Source: a virus
IMG/VR virus record: IMGVR_UViG_3300045988_148545
Strand: one strand, 5' to 3'
DNA: 40,039 nt
A program made the position numbers and the translations under genes. A model generated the notes under the pieces. The model searched no databases and had not been told where the DNA came from. It saw only the letters and a list, made by a program, of their open reading frames with translations. The stretch's first letter is position 1. Every line of letters starts with the position of its first letter. Shown one piece after another: positions 14,259-22,130 of the stretch.

Positions 14259-14560
14259 GATTAATAGATGCAGACAAATTAATTTTACATTTAAATGATT
14301 TTATGCTGCAGCAAAGCCCTATTGATGTGCAAGATATTGAAAGTATAAACGTAAGTGCAGTAATTCAAGATTGCATAAAAGCGATTGAAAATCAACCGAC
14401 AGCATACGATGTGGATAAGGTCATAGAAGAAATAGAAGAATGGACAGCAAGGATAAATGTAATTAATGATAATAGCGGTAAAGTAGGACAAGTTGATGTT
14501 ATAGGCTCAAATAAAGCAATTAAGATTGTGGAAGGTAGTGGAGTAAGTGGCGATAATTAA
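14255..14560 (+). CDS. Hypothetical protein (101 aa)
   Basis: ATGA start/stop overlap with the previous gene, SD GGAGGGA. It begins MRLIDADKL; no motif recognised. Confidence 0.7.
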   Translation: MRLIDADKLILHLNDFMLQQSPIDVQDIESINVSAVIQDCIKAIENQPTAYDVDKVIEEIEEWTARINVINDNSGKVGQVDVIGSNKAIKIVEGSGVSGDN

Positions 14561-14656
14561 CACATTGGCAATAGTCCTGGTAATTGGAGCAGTGTTCGTC
14601 TTGTGGGCGATATGTAAGTTGCAGGATAAGGATTAGAAACAAAGGTACATTGACAA

Positions 14657-14685
14657 TTGAATATTGGTAGTTGGAATGGTATAAT
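14657..14685 (+). promoter_or_regulatory. Strong sigma-70-like promoter TTGAAT-17 nt-TGgTATAAT (extended -10) for the moron gene
   Basis: -35 at 14657-14662, TG at 14677-14678 and consensus TATAAT at 14680-14685. An overlapping TTGACA lies at 14650-14655. Confidence 0.65.
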
Positions 14686-14723
14686 TTAAAAATAAATATT
14701 TAGAAGTTGTAAAGGAGTTATAT

Positions 14724-15089
14724 ATGGAGAATAAAACAAAATTTACAGAGATTGGAAAGTGGAATGATAGACTGGAAATGTTCGGATATGATATTATGTC
14801 ACTTATTTCATTAGGAGAATCAGAAAGAGTTGATGATATAATTTCACATTTTGAAGATGGAGATGTTGTTCGCTACATAATGAACAAATACAAGGAAAAT
14901 ATGATGTTTGTTTATGAAGGATGCACATATAATATAAATGATTGGGAAGAAGTTTTTGAACAATATTCGTATATGACATATGGACATGATGTAAGAAGAA
15001 AAATGGGGCTTATTGATAAAGAAAAAGACGGATTACTCTTATTGTTGTCGATTATTCTGGATGAAGTTTCAAATAGAAAATATAAGTAA
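14724..15089 (+). CDS. Moron-like gene: acidic 121-aa protein of unknown function with its own promoter and terminator
   Basis: ATG preceded by AAAGGAG. Bracketed by the promoter at 14657-14685 and the terminator at 15098-15130. Confidence 0.75.
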   Translation: MENKTKFTEIGKWNDRLEMFGYDIMSLISLGESERVDDIISHFEDGDVVRYIMNKYKENMMFVYEGCTYNINDWEEVFEQYSYMTYGHDVRRKMGLIDKEKDGLLLLLSIILDEVSNRKYK

Positions 15090-15097
15090 ATAACAGA

Positions 15098-15130
15098 CCA
15101 ACTACCAATATTCGGTGGTTGGTTTTTTTT
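15098..15130 (+). terminator. Rho-independent terminator
   Basis: CCAACTACC-aatattc-GGTGGTTGG forms 9 pairs (one G.U) and is followed by T8 (15123-15130). Confidence 0.85.
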
Positions 15131-15583
15131 ATGCAGAAAAATAGAGAAAGGATTGAGAGTTTGGAAGAAATGACAGCAAAGGAATGCTTGAATCAGGTTA
15201 GAAATCTTGAATCTAAGATGAAAATTCTAAAAGAAGAGATAGATGCCCTAAGGGAAATGGTGGTGAGTACTGGAGCAATCCAACAGGGCGAAAGGGTACT
15301 GTCTTCAGGAACGCAGGATAAGATGGCAGAAACAATCTGTAAGATTAATGAAAAGGAATGTGAATGGAATGATTTAATGCGTGAATTTGCTTTAGCCAGA
15401 GCAAACGTAATAATCAACATACAGAAGTTAAACAATCCTGAATATGAGCAGATTTTGTACAAGAGATACTGCCAGAGCAAGAAATGGGAAGAGATAGCAT
15501 TGGAGATGAATTATACATACCAGTGGGTATGCAAATTACACGGCAGAGCTCTATTAGAACTTGATAAAGTATTAAACAATTGA
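15131..15583 (+). CDS. Late-gene transcriptional activator candidate (sigma-70 region-4-like HTH; ArpU/RinA/DUF1492-like)
   Basis: About 150 aa. N-terminal coiled coil and C-terminal HTH KWEEIALEMNYTYQWVCKLHGRALLEL. Positioned just upstream of the terminase genes. The start is uncertain: ATG 15131 has a poor SD. Confidence 0.65.
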   Translation: MQKNRERIESLEEMTAKECLNQVRNLESKMKILKEEIDALREMVVSTGAIQQGERVLSSGTQDKMAETICKINEKECEWNDLMREFALARANVIINIQKLNNPEYEQILYKRYCQSKKWEEIALEMNYTYQWVCKLHGRALLELDKVLNN

Positions 15584-15706
15584 TAGAAGTTTATATTAAT
15601 CAGTGCTAAAATGATAGAGTAAAGGGTAAAACAGAAAAGGGAATTTTTTGTTATCTTTTGTTTATCTGAATGAAACCCTCTAAAAGTATTTATGGTAAAA
15701 CGTCTT

Positions 15707-15732
15707 AAGGCAGTCGAAAGGCTGTCTTTTTT
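15707..15732 (+). terminator. Terminator-like hairpin + T-run
   Basis: AAGGCAG-tcgaaagg-CTGTCTT forms 7 pairs (one G.U). A T-tract follows, extending to 15732. Confidence 0.45.
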
Positions 15733-15752
15733 CGTAGGAAAATAGGAGAAAA

Positions 15753-16094
15753 ATGCAGGATAAAAAAGTAAATATATTAGGATCAGAATACACAATTAAA
15801 TACGATGTTCCAGATGAGCAAATGCCTGAAGGTTCAGACGGCATTATGGATTATTCAATAAAAACAATTAAAATTGCAGAATTGGTACAAGAGAAAGATT
15901 CAGTAAGAGATTTGCAGTTATACATGAAACAGGTAGTTAGACACGAAATAATACATGCGTTTTTATATGAATCAGGATTATGGAGTAACAGTAATTCGTC
16001 AGATTGTTGGGCACTGAACGAAGAAATGGTGGATTGGTTTGCTATTCAATTTCCTAAAATATTTGATGCTTTTAAAGAAGCAGAGTGCTTATAA
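15753..16094 (+). CDS. Small HExxH-motif protein (putative zinc metallopeptidase), function unknown
   Basis: 113 aa. VVRHEIIHAFLYESG contains HEIIH plus a downstream Glu. SD AGGAGA. Confidence 0.7.
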   Translation: MQDKKVNILGSEYTIKYDVPDEQMPEGSDGIMDYSIKTIKIAELVQEKDSVRDLQLYMKQVVRHEIIHAFLYESGLWSNSNSSDCWALNEEMVDWFAIQFPKIFDAFKEAECL

Positions 16095-16124
16095 AATAAA
16101 TTCGGTAAGAAAGGAGCGGTTGCA

Positions 16125-16721
16125 GTGACTGACAGACAAGTTATATTTGCAAATGAATATTTAATTGATCTGAATGGAACAAGGGCGTATAAGGAAGCAT
16201 ATCCACACGTCAAAAATGATAATACAGCAGCAGCGGCAGCCGCTCGTCTTATGAATGTTCCGGAGATTAAGGAATACATAGATGAAAGAATTAAGGACAG
16301 GCTGGAAAGAATTGAGGTTACGCAGGATGATGTGATTCAGGAGCTTGCAGCAGTTGCCTTTGCCAATGGTTCTGAGTATGCCAAGGTTGTGACTAAGCCG
16401 GTGATGATGAAGACACCGGATGGTGATTATGTCCCGGCATTGGATAGTGAAGGAAATCAGATGTATTATCAGGCAGTTGAGATTACTGAAACTGATGAGC
16501 TTTCAAGAAGACAGATTAAGGCTATTTCAGGTATTAAGCAGGGTAAGAATGGAATAGAGCTGACTACCTATGACAAGGTAAAGGCTTTGGAACTGTTGGG
16601 AAGACATTTAGGAATGTTTAAGGATAAGGTTGAGGTGTCAGGAAATGTTAATAATCCTTTTGAGGGATTAAGTACTGAACAACTGCTTAGATTGGCAGGT
16701 GAGGACCTTGAATCTGAATAA
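16125..16721 (+). CDS. terS: Terminase small subunit
   Basis: 198 aa. The N terminus, MTDRQVIFANEYLIDLNGTRAYKEAYPHVKNDNTAAAAAARLMNVPEIKEYI, is typical of Terminase_2-type small subunits. GTG start sits 8 nt after AAGGAG. Confidence 0.88.
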   Translation: MTDRQVIFANEYLIDLNGTRAYKEAYPHVKNDNTAAAAAARLMNVPEIKEYIDERIKDRLERIEVTQDDVIQELAAVAFANGSEYAKVVTKPVMMKTPDGDYVPALDSEGNQMYYQAVEITETDELSRRQIKAISGIKQGKNGIELTTYDKVKALELLGRHLGMFKDKVEVSGNVNNPFEGLSTEQLLRLAGEDLESE

Positions 16722-18105
16722 GAATTTAATAAAGCTTTATGCAAGGGTAGAGCTGGCAAGAAGAAATTTTTGGCAGTACTGCAAATTAAAGGCTCCTGAC
16801 TTCTACAAGGAAGACAGGGGTTTTTTACGTGATTTCTGTAATGAGTTGCAGCAGTTCATAAAATCAGATTATGAAGTAATGGTTGTTAATATGCCACCAA
16901 GACATGGAAAGTCTAGAACTGTTGGCAATTTTGTTGAATGGGTTCTTGGAAATGACCAAACACAGAAGATTATGACAGGCTCATACAATGAAACATTGTC
17001 TACAACGTTTTCAAAGGGCGTGAGAAACACGATTCTTGAAACAAAGGCAGATGAAAACAAGGCTGTTTATTCAGATGTGTTCCCGGGAGTAACCATTAAA
17101 CGTGGTGATGGTGCAATGAATATGTGGTCACTTGAAAATGGCTATAACAATTATTTGGCAACATCCCCAACAGGAACGGCAACAGGTTTTGGTGCAACGT
17201 TAATGATTATTGATGACTTGATTAAGTCAGCACTGGAAGCTAATAATGCAAATATTCTGGATAATCATTGGACCTGGTTTACGGACACAATGATGTCAAG
17301 ACTTGAAGAGGGGGGCAAGATTATTATTGTAATGACAAGATGGCATAGTTTGGATTTGGCTGGCAGGGCATTGGAACACTTTAAGAGCATAGGCGTAAAG
17401 GTAAGGCATATATGCTATAAGGCTGTTAAGGAAGATGGAACAATGCTTTGTCCTGAAATTTTGTCAAAAAGGTCATACGAAAATAAAAAGATGTCAATGG
17501 GAATAGACATTGCAGAAGCGAACTACCAGCAGAATCCTATTGACATAAAGGGAAGAATGTACACTTCATTTAAGACGTATAAGGAAGCACCACAGTTTAA
17601 GCAGATTAGAAATTACACGGATACAGCAGATGAAGGTAAGGATTACCTGTGCAGTATTAATTATGGTGTAACTTTTGACAATGAAGCGTATGTTCTTGAT
17701 TTGATATACACTCAGGAACCAATGGAAGTAACAGAGCCGTTAACTGCCAAGCTGTTATTTGATGGAAATGTTAATGTTGCAAGAATTGAATCAAATAATG
17801 GTGGTAGAGGTTTTGCAAGAAGTGTTAAGCGAATACTTCAGGAGGAGCTTAAAAGCAATAAGACAGTTATTAAATGGTTTACACAGCATAACAACAAGAA
17901 TGCGAGAATTTTTTCAAATTCAGCGTGGGTAATGCAACACATATATTTCCCGGAAGACTGGAAGAACAGATGGCCCGATTATTACAAGGCTATGTCAAGG
18001 TATCAGAGAGAGGGAAAAAATGACCACGATGATGCACAGGACGCAACTACAGGCATTGCAGAGGACTGTGCAAAGAAGTCTGATGGATTATCAGTATTAA
18101 AGTAA
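16699..18105 (+). CDS. terL: Terminase large subunit
   Basis: 468 aa. P-loop-like PPRHGKS, Walker B LMIIDDL, and a C-terminal RNaseH-like nuclease region with acidic residues. It overlaps terS. Confidence 0.9.
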   Translation: MRTLNLNKNLIKLYARVELARRNFWQYCKLKAPDFYKEDRGFLRDFCNELQQFIKSDYEVMVVNMPPRHGKSRTVGNFVEWVLGNDQTQKIMTGSYNETLSTTFSKGVRNTILETKADENKAVYSDVFPGVTIKRGDGAMNMWSLENGYNNYLATSPTGTATGFGATLMIIDDLIKSALEANNANILDNHWTWFTDTMMSRLEEGGKIIIVMTRWHSLDLAGRALEHFKSIGVKVRHICYKAVKEDGTMLCPEILSKRSYENKKMSMGIDIAEANYQQNPIDIKGRMYTSFKTYKEAPQFKQIRNYTDTADEGKDYLCSINYGVTFDNEAYVLDLIYTQEPMEVTEPLTAKLLFDGNVNVARIESNNGGRGFARSVKRILQEELKSNKTVIKWFTQHNNKNARIFSNSAWVMQHIYFPEDWKNRWPDYYKAMSRYQREGKNDHDDAQDATTGIAEDCAKKSDGLSVLK

Positions 18106-18109
18106 AGAG

Positions 18110-19549
18110 GTGAAACAAGTGGATTTAGTTAGAATGAAGGAATTATTAAGTCAGTATATGCCGGGGCATGCAATGTATATGGTTAGATGTGACATTGCTG
18201 ACAGATATTATAAAAATCAGAGTGACATACTTTATGGAGAAGAAAAAAAGGATGAAGAAGGTCATCCACTAAGAAATGCAGATAACAGAATACCACGCAA
18301 CTTTCACGGACTGATGGTTAACCAGAAAGCAGCTTATGCATTTACTACACCGCCTACTTTTGATATTGGTAATTCAAAGGCTAATTCAGAAATATTAAAG
18401 TCATTGGGAGATGAATATAGAAAAGAGTGTATGGAGCTTTGCGTTAATGCAGCCAATGCAGGTGTTGCATGGATTCATTATTGGACCAATGAGTTTAATG
18501 ATTTTGAGTGGGCAGTTATTAATAGCAAACAGATTGTTCCGATATGGAATAAGTCAGCAAAACAGAAACTGATAGGAGCATTAAGAGTATATACTCAGAT
18601 AGATGAAACAGATGGAAAAAATTACACAATTTATGAATATTGGAACAAAGAGGAATGTCAGGTATACAGAAGACTTCAATCAGATTTAAATTATGATAAC
18701 TTAACAGATTATGCAATGTTTGAAAACCCGACAACAGGTGAACTTGTAAATGAGTACAGACACGGAATGGAGGAAATACCTTTCATTCCGTTTTTTAATA
18801 ACAACATTAAGTCTTCTGACCTTGATAACATTAAGCCTTTGATTGATGTGTACGACAAGGTGTTTAGTGGCTTTATTAATGACCTTGAAGATGTTCAGGA
18901 GCTTATATTTGTTCTTTCCGGATATGGTGGAACAGATTTAAATGGATTCTTGCAGGATTTGAAGAAATACAAGGTTATAAAAATGGATTCAGATGAAGGT
19001 GCAGGTGTAAGCACTCTTAACATTGAGATTCCTATTGAAGCAAGAAACAGTGTTCTTGATGCCACAAGAAAGGCTATTTTCGAACAGGGGCAGGGATTTG
19101 ATCCAAGACCAGAGAATTTTGGTAATCAGTCAGGAGAGGCTCTTAAGTTTATGTATTCATTGTTGGAAATGAAAACAGGTTTAATGGAAACAGAGTTTCA
19201 GTTGGGCTTTGCAAAGCTGGTAAGAGCAATCTGCAACTTTAAGAACATTAAGTGTGACAACATTGTTCAGACATGGACAAGAACCTGTATTAAGAATGAG
19301 CAGGAGCAGGCAGCCATATGCAAGGACAGTGTTGGAATCATTAGCCAGAAAACTATACTTAAGAATCATCCGTTTGTTGAGGATGTGGAAGCAGAGCTTA
19401 AACAGATTCAGAAGGAAAATGAAGAAAAGGCACAGAATTCTGACGTATATCAACAGATGTTTGCTAAACAGCCAAATGGAGATGGAAATAATGGTGATGA
19501 TTCGACTAAAGAGGGCGATAACTCAGTAGGTGGAGCAAATGAAGAATAG
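18110..19549 (+). CDS. Portal protein (SPP1 gp6-like)
   Basis: 479 aa, positioned after terL. Pattern NADNRIPRNFHGLMVNQKAAY and an acidic C terminus. GTG 18119 may be the true start because its SD spacing is better. Confidence 0.88.
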   Translation: MKQVDLVRMKELLSQYMPGHAMYMVRCDIADRYYKNQSDILYGEEKKDEEGHPLRNADNRIPRNFHGLMVNQKAAYAFTTPPTFDIGNSKANSEILKSLGDEYRKECMELCVNAANAGVAWIHYWTNEFNDFEWAVINSKQIVPIWNKSAKQKLIGALRVYTQIDETDGKNYTIYEYWNKEECQVYRRLQSDLNYDNLTDYAMFENPTTGELVNEYRHGMEEIPFIPFFNNNIKSSDLDNIKPLIDVYDKVFSGFINDLEDVQELIFVLSGYGGTDLNGFLQDLKKYKVIKMDSDEGAGVSTLNIEIPIEARNSVLDATRKAIFEQGQGFDPRPENFGNQSGEALKFMYSLLEMKTGLMETEFQLGFAKLVRAICNFKNIKCDNIVQTWTRTCIKNEQEQAAICKDSVGIISQKTILKNHPFVEDVEAELKQIQKENEEKAQNSDVYQQMFAKQPNGDGNNGDDSTKEGDNSVGGANEE

Positions 19550-20960
19550 CGAATATTGGACGAAAAGATTTGTTGAAATGGAAGAAGCAACACATCAGAC
19601 TTCCGTAAAGAAGACAATGGATATTCAGGAGCAGTTTGATAAGTCTCAGAAGATAATTGAAGAAAAGATAAATGCCTGGTATCAGAGGTATGCGGATAAC
19701 AATAATATGTCTCTGTTGGAAGCAAGAAAGTCCCTTAATGATAAGGAATTAAAGGAACTTAAGTGGGATGTAGAGGAATACATAAAAAAGGGCAGGGAAA
19801 ACGCTTTTTCAGGTGAATGGGTAAAGGAACTTGAAAATGCATCTGCCAAGGCTCACATAAGCAGGCTTGAAGCGTTGGAGTTACAGTGTAGACAACAGGC
19901 AGAAGTAGCATTTGGTAATTTGAACGACGAAGTAAGCAAACACATAAAAGACGTATATAAGGAAAGTTATTACAGAACAGCTTATGAAATTCAAAAAGGC
20001 GTTGGTGTCGGCTCGAACTTTGCAGCATTAAATGACAGATTAATTGAAAAAGTGGTAAGTAAGCCTTGGTTAGCTGATGGCAAGAATTTCAGTGACAGAA
20101 TATGGGGCAACAAGACACAGCTTATAAATCAGTTACATACAAGTTTAAGCCAGATGTGTATTACAGGTGCAGGACCAGACAAGGCAATAAGCCAGATTGC
20201 AAGCAAAATGAATGTAAGCAAGGCTAATGCCGGAAGACTTGTAATGACTGAATCGGCGTATTTTAGTTCAACAGCTCAAAAGGAATGCTTTAAGGAGTTG
20301 GATGTTGAAAGATATGAGATTGTAGCCACATTGGACGGTCATACATCAGACATCTGCCAGGAAATGGATGGAAAAGTATTCAAGATGAGTGAATATGAAG
20401 AGGGTGTAACAGCTCCGCCATTTCACGTTAACTGTAGAAGTTGTACAGCACCTTATTTTGATGATGAATTTGCAAAAGGTGAGAGAATTGCAAGAGATGA
20501 AGATGGTAATAACTACTATGTTCCTGCAGATATGACCTATCCTGAATGGAAAAAATCATTTGTTGATGGTCAGACAGATGATTTGAAAGAAACTAAGACA
20601 GATGATACAATATCATTAAAGAATAAAATTTCTGAACAGGATAACAGGATTGATGAATTGAAAAATCAATTTAGTGATGCTACAGATGGTTATTCTTATG
20701 ATGAATGGTTTTCTGAATTTTCTTCAATCGAAGAAGGTTATGGTGATGCATCTGATGGTGATGCAACGTTTACCAAACTTAAAAATCTTGATGAAGAAAT
20801 TAGGAATGCTGAAAAGCAACGTTCAGATTTATTACTGCAAAAGGAATCGCGTGGTCAGTTAGACACTGGTTTTCCAGGAAAAGTACCTAATGATAAACTT
20901 GATGAATATAATGCAAAAGCCTTTGAACAAATTAAGGTTGATACAGGATATTCAGAATAA
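19539..20960 (+). CDS. Head morphogenesis protein (Mu F / SPP1 gp7 family)
   Basis: NFSDRIWGN..., TLDGHTSDICQEMDGKVF and PPFHVNCRSCTAPY are MuF-domain hallmarks. ATG 19539 sits 5 nt after AGGTGGA. The ORF ends at TAA 20958-20960, in frame with the next ORF. Confidence 0.9.
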   Translation: MKNSEYWTKRFVEMEEATHQTSVKKTMDIQEQFDKSQKIIEEKINAWYQRYADNNNMSLLEARKSLNDKELKELKWDVEEYIKKGRENAFSGEWVKELENASAKAHISRLEALELQCRQQAEVAFGNLNDEVSKHIKDVYKESYYRTAYEIQKGVGVGSNFAALNDRLIEKVVSKPWLADGKNFSDRIWGNKTQLINQLHTSLSQMCITGAGPDKAISQIASKMNVSKANAGRLVMTESAYFSSTAQKECFKELDVERYEIVATLDGHTSDICQEMDGKVFKMSEYEEGVTAPPFHVNCRSCTAPYFDDEFAKGERIARDEDGNNYYVPADMTYPEWKKSFVDGQTDDLKETKTDDTISLKNKISEQDNRIDELKNQFSDATDGYSYDEWFSEFSSIEEGYGDASDGDATFTKLKNLDEEIRNAEKQRSDLLLQKESRGQLDTGFPGKVPNDKLDEYNAKAFEQIKVDTGYSE

Positions 20961-20984
20961 CAGGCAACAGAATTTCATAGTGCT

Positions 20985-21509
20985 TTGAAAGAATACTTTG
21001 GCGGTGATTATGCTTCAATTCTTGCAGGTGAAGGTTCAACTGCTAAAACTATACGCGACGGACTTGACAGAATGCCGGTATATGATGGTACGGTTTACCG
21101 TGGTTTGTGCTTTTCTGAAAGTTCAGATTATGATATTTCAGAATTTACACGTTTGAAACCGGGTGATAAAATACCATCAAAGGGTATAATATCCAGTTGG
21201 TCAAGTGATAAAAGAGTTGCAGAAGCATTTGGCGCAGCATCTACACAAGCCGTCGAATCCAGTACAGTCATTCTTGAATGTTTAGAAAATAAAACTGGTG
21301 TTGGTGTTCAGCATATTTCAAGTTATGGTAGTAGAGAAGCGGAAGTATTGTGTGGTTCAAAATATGAAGTGCTTGAAATTGTTACAGAAAGCAAGTATGA
21401 CTATGTTTCAAGACGAAAAGATTTATTATATTTCTCGGATGATCTAACCGAATGGGAAGACGAATTAAAAAAACAAGTGGTGTGTGTAATTAAGGTAAAA
21501 GAGGTATAG
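20985..21509 (+). CDS. ADP-ribosyltransferase toxin-like domain protein (R-S-ExE class)
   Basis: Arg in VYRGL, S-x-S in ISSWSS, E-x-E in REAEVL. It is in the same frame as the MuF ORF and open from 20961. TTG start with no SD, so it may be made by readthrough or reinitiation. Confidence 0.78.
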   Translation: MKEYFGGDYASILAGEGSTAKTIRDGLDRMPVYDGTVYRGLCFSESSDYDISEFTRLKPGDKIPSKGIISSWSSDKRVAEAFGAASTQAVESSTVILECLENKTGVGVQHISSYGSREAEVLCGSKYEVLEIVTESKYDYVSRRKDLLYFSDDLTEWEDELKKQVVCVIKVKEV

Positions 21510-21513
21510 GCTT

Positions 21514-21696
21514 ATGTTAGAACATAATAAATACAATGATAGATTAGTTCGTGAACATAGAGAACTTTTAAAAAAGGCAAGAGAAACCGCTGATGAAAAA
21601 GAAAAAGCACGTATTCTTAGATTAGCGGAACAGAAGCACAATGAAATGCTTGTCGCAGAATTTGATGATAAAAATTTCAAAAGATTTAATCAGTAA
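21514..21696 (+). CDS. Small charged helical protein (60 aa); candidate immunity/regulator for the ART domain
   Basis: ATG sits 8 nt after AAAGAGGT and 4 nt after the ART stop. A strong terminator follows. Confidence 0.6.
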   Translation: MLEHNKYNDRLVREHRELLKKARETADEKEKARILRLAEQKHNEMLVAEFDDKNFKRFNQ

Positions 21697-21697
21697 G

Positions 21698-21721
21698 AAG
21701 CACCTGAAAGGGGTGCTTTTT
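21698..21721 (+). terminator. Rho-independent terminator
   Basis: AAGCACCT-gaaag-GGGTGCTT stem with a 3' T-run. Confidence 0.8.
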
Positions 21722-21781
21722 CAGTGTGTTAAAACATCAGACTTGCTGAAAGAACAGCAAAAATAAACTGAAAGGACAAAT

Positions 21782-21973
21782 ATGTACAAAGAAGAAATAC
21801 TGGAGCAGATTACAAGATGCAGGGAAATGCAGAGTAAATGTAGAATTGATGACATTGATACTTTTATTAGACTTAGTAACAGAATAGAAGAACTTTCAAG
21901 TAAAATTAGCAATGCTGGAAGTCAATCAGTTGTCCCAGTGCAATATTCTGAAAAAAGACCTGAAATGTTTTGA
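21782..21973 (+). CDS. Hypothetical protein (63 aa) in a terminator-bounded mini-cassette
   Basis: ATG preceded by AAAGGA. Lies between the terminators at 21698-21721 and 21993-22021. Confidence 0.5.
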   Translation: MYKEEILEQITRCREMQSKCRIDDIDTFIRLSNRIEELSSKISNAGSQSVVPVQYSEKRPEMF

Positions 21974-21992
21974 AAATTTAATAACGTTAATC

Positions 21993-22021
21993 AGAGAGCT
22001 TAGAAATAGGCTCTCTTTTTA
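21993..22021 (+). terminator. Rho-independent terminator
   Basis: AGAGAGC-ttagaaatag-GCTCTCT followed by TTTTT. Confidence 0.8.
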
Positions 22022-22130
22022 TATGCCTTTTTCTGCAGGCACTAAAGAACAGAAATACCTTGCCGAAGGTATATCGGTAGAATCCAATCACCAGTAGAAC
22101 TGGAATAAAACATCTATGGAGGTAGTAAAA

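Noticed and set aside
14547-14636. Possible 29-aa hydrophobic peptide (GTG start; VAIINTLAIVLVIGAVFVLWAICKLQDKD*) overlapping the end of gene 14255-14560
   Set aside because: It has a plausible single-TM composition. However, the ORF is very short, uses a GTG start with only a weak SD-like GGAG, and cannot be supported without conservation or ribosome-profiling data.
20958-20960. Possibility that TAA is reassigned genome-wide (alternative genetic code), prompted by the in-frame TAA between MuF and the ART domain
   Set aside because: TAA terminates several well-delimited genes at the expected lengths, for example the major capsid gene at 23769-23771, the endolysin at 39962-39964 and the terminase large subunit. 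TAG and TGA are also used as stops. No other gene shows in-frame stops. The effect is therefore local, not a recoded genome.
22055-22072. Perfect hairpin ATACCTT-gccg-AAGGTAT upstream of the scaffold gene
   Set aside because: It has no U-tract and no recognisable promoter elements around it. It is noted within the mini-cassette finding, but the evidence is too thin to call it a feature.
21912-22097. 61-aa plus-strand ORF spanning 21912-22097
   Set aside because: It reads straight through the strong intrinsic terminator at 21993-22021, overlaps ORF 21782-21973 and has no SD.
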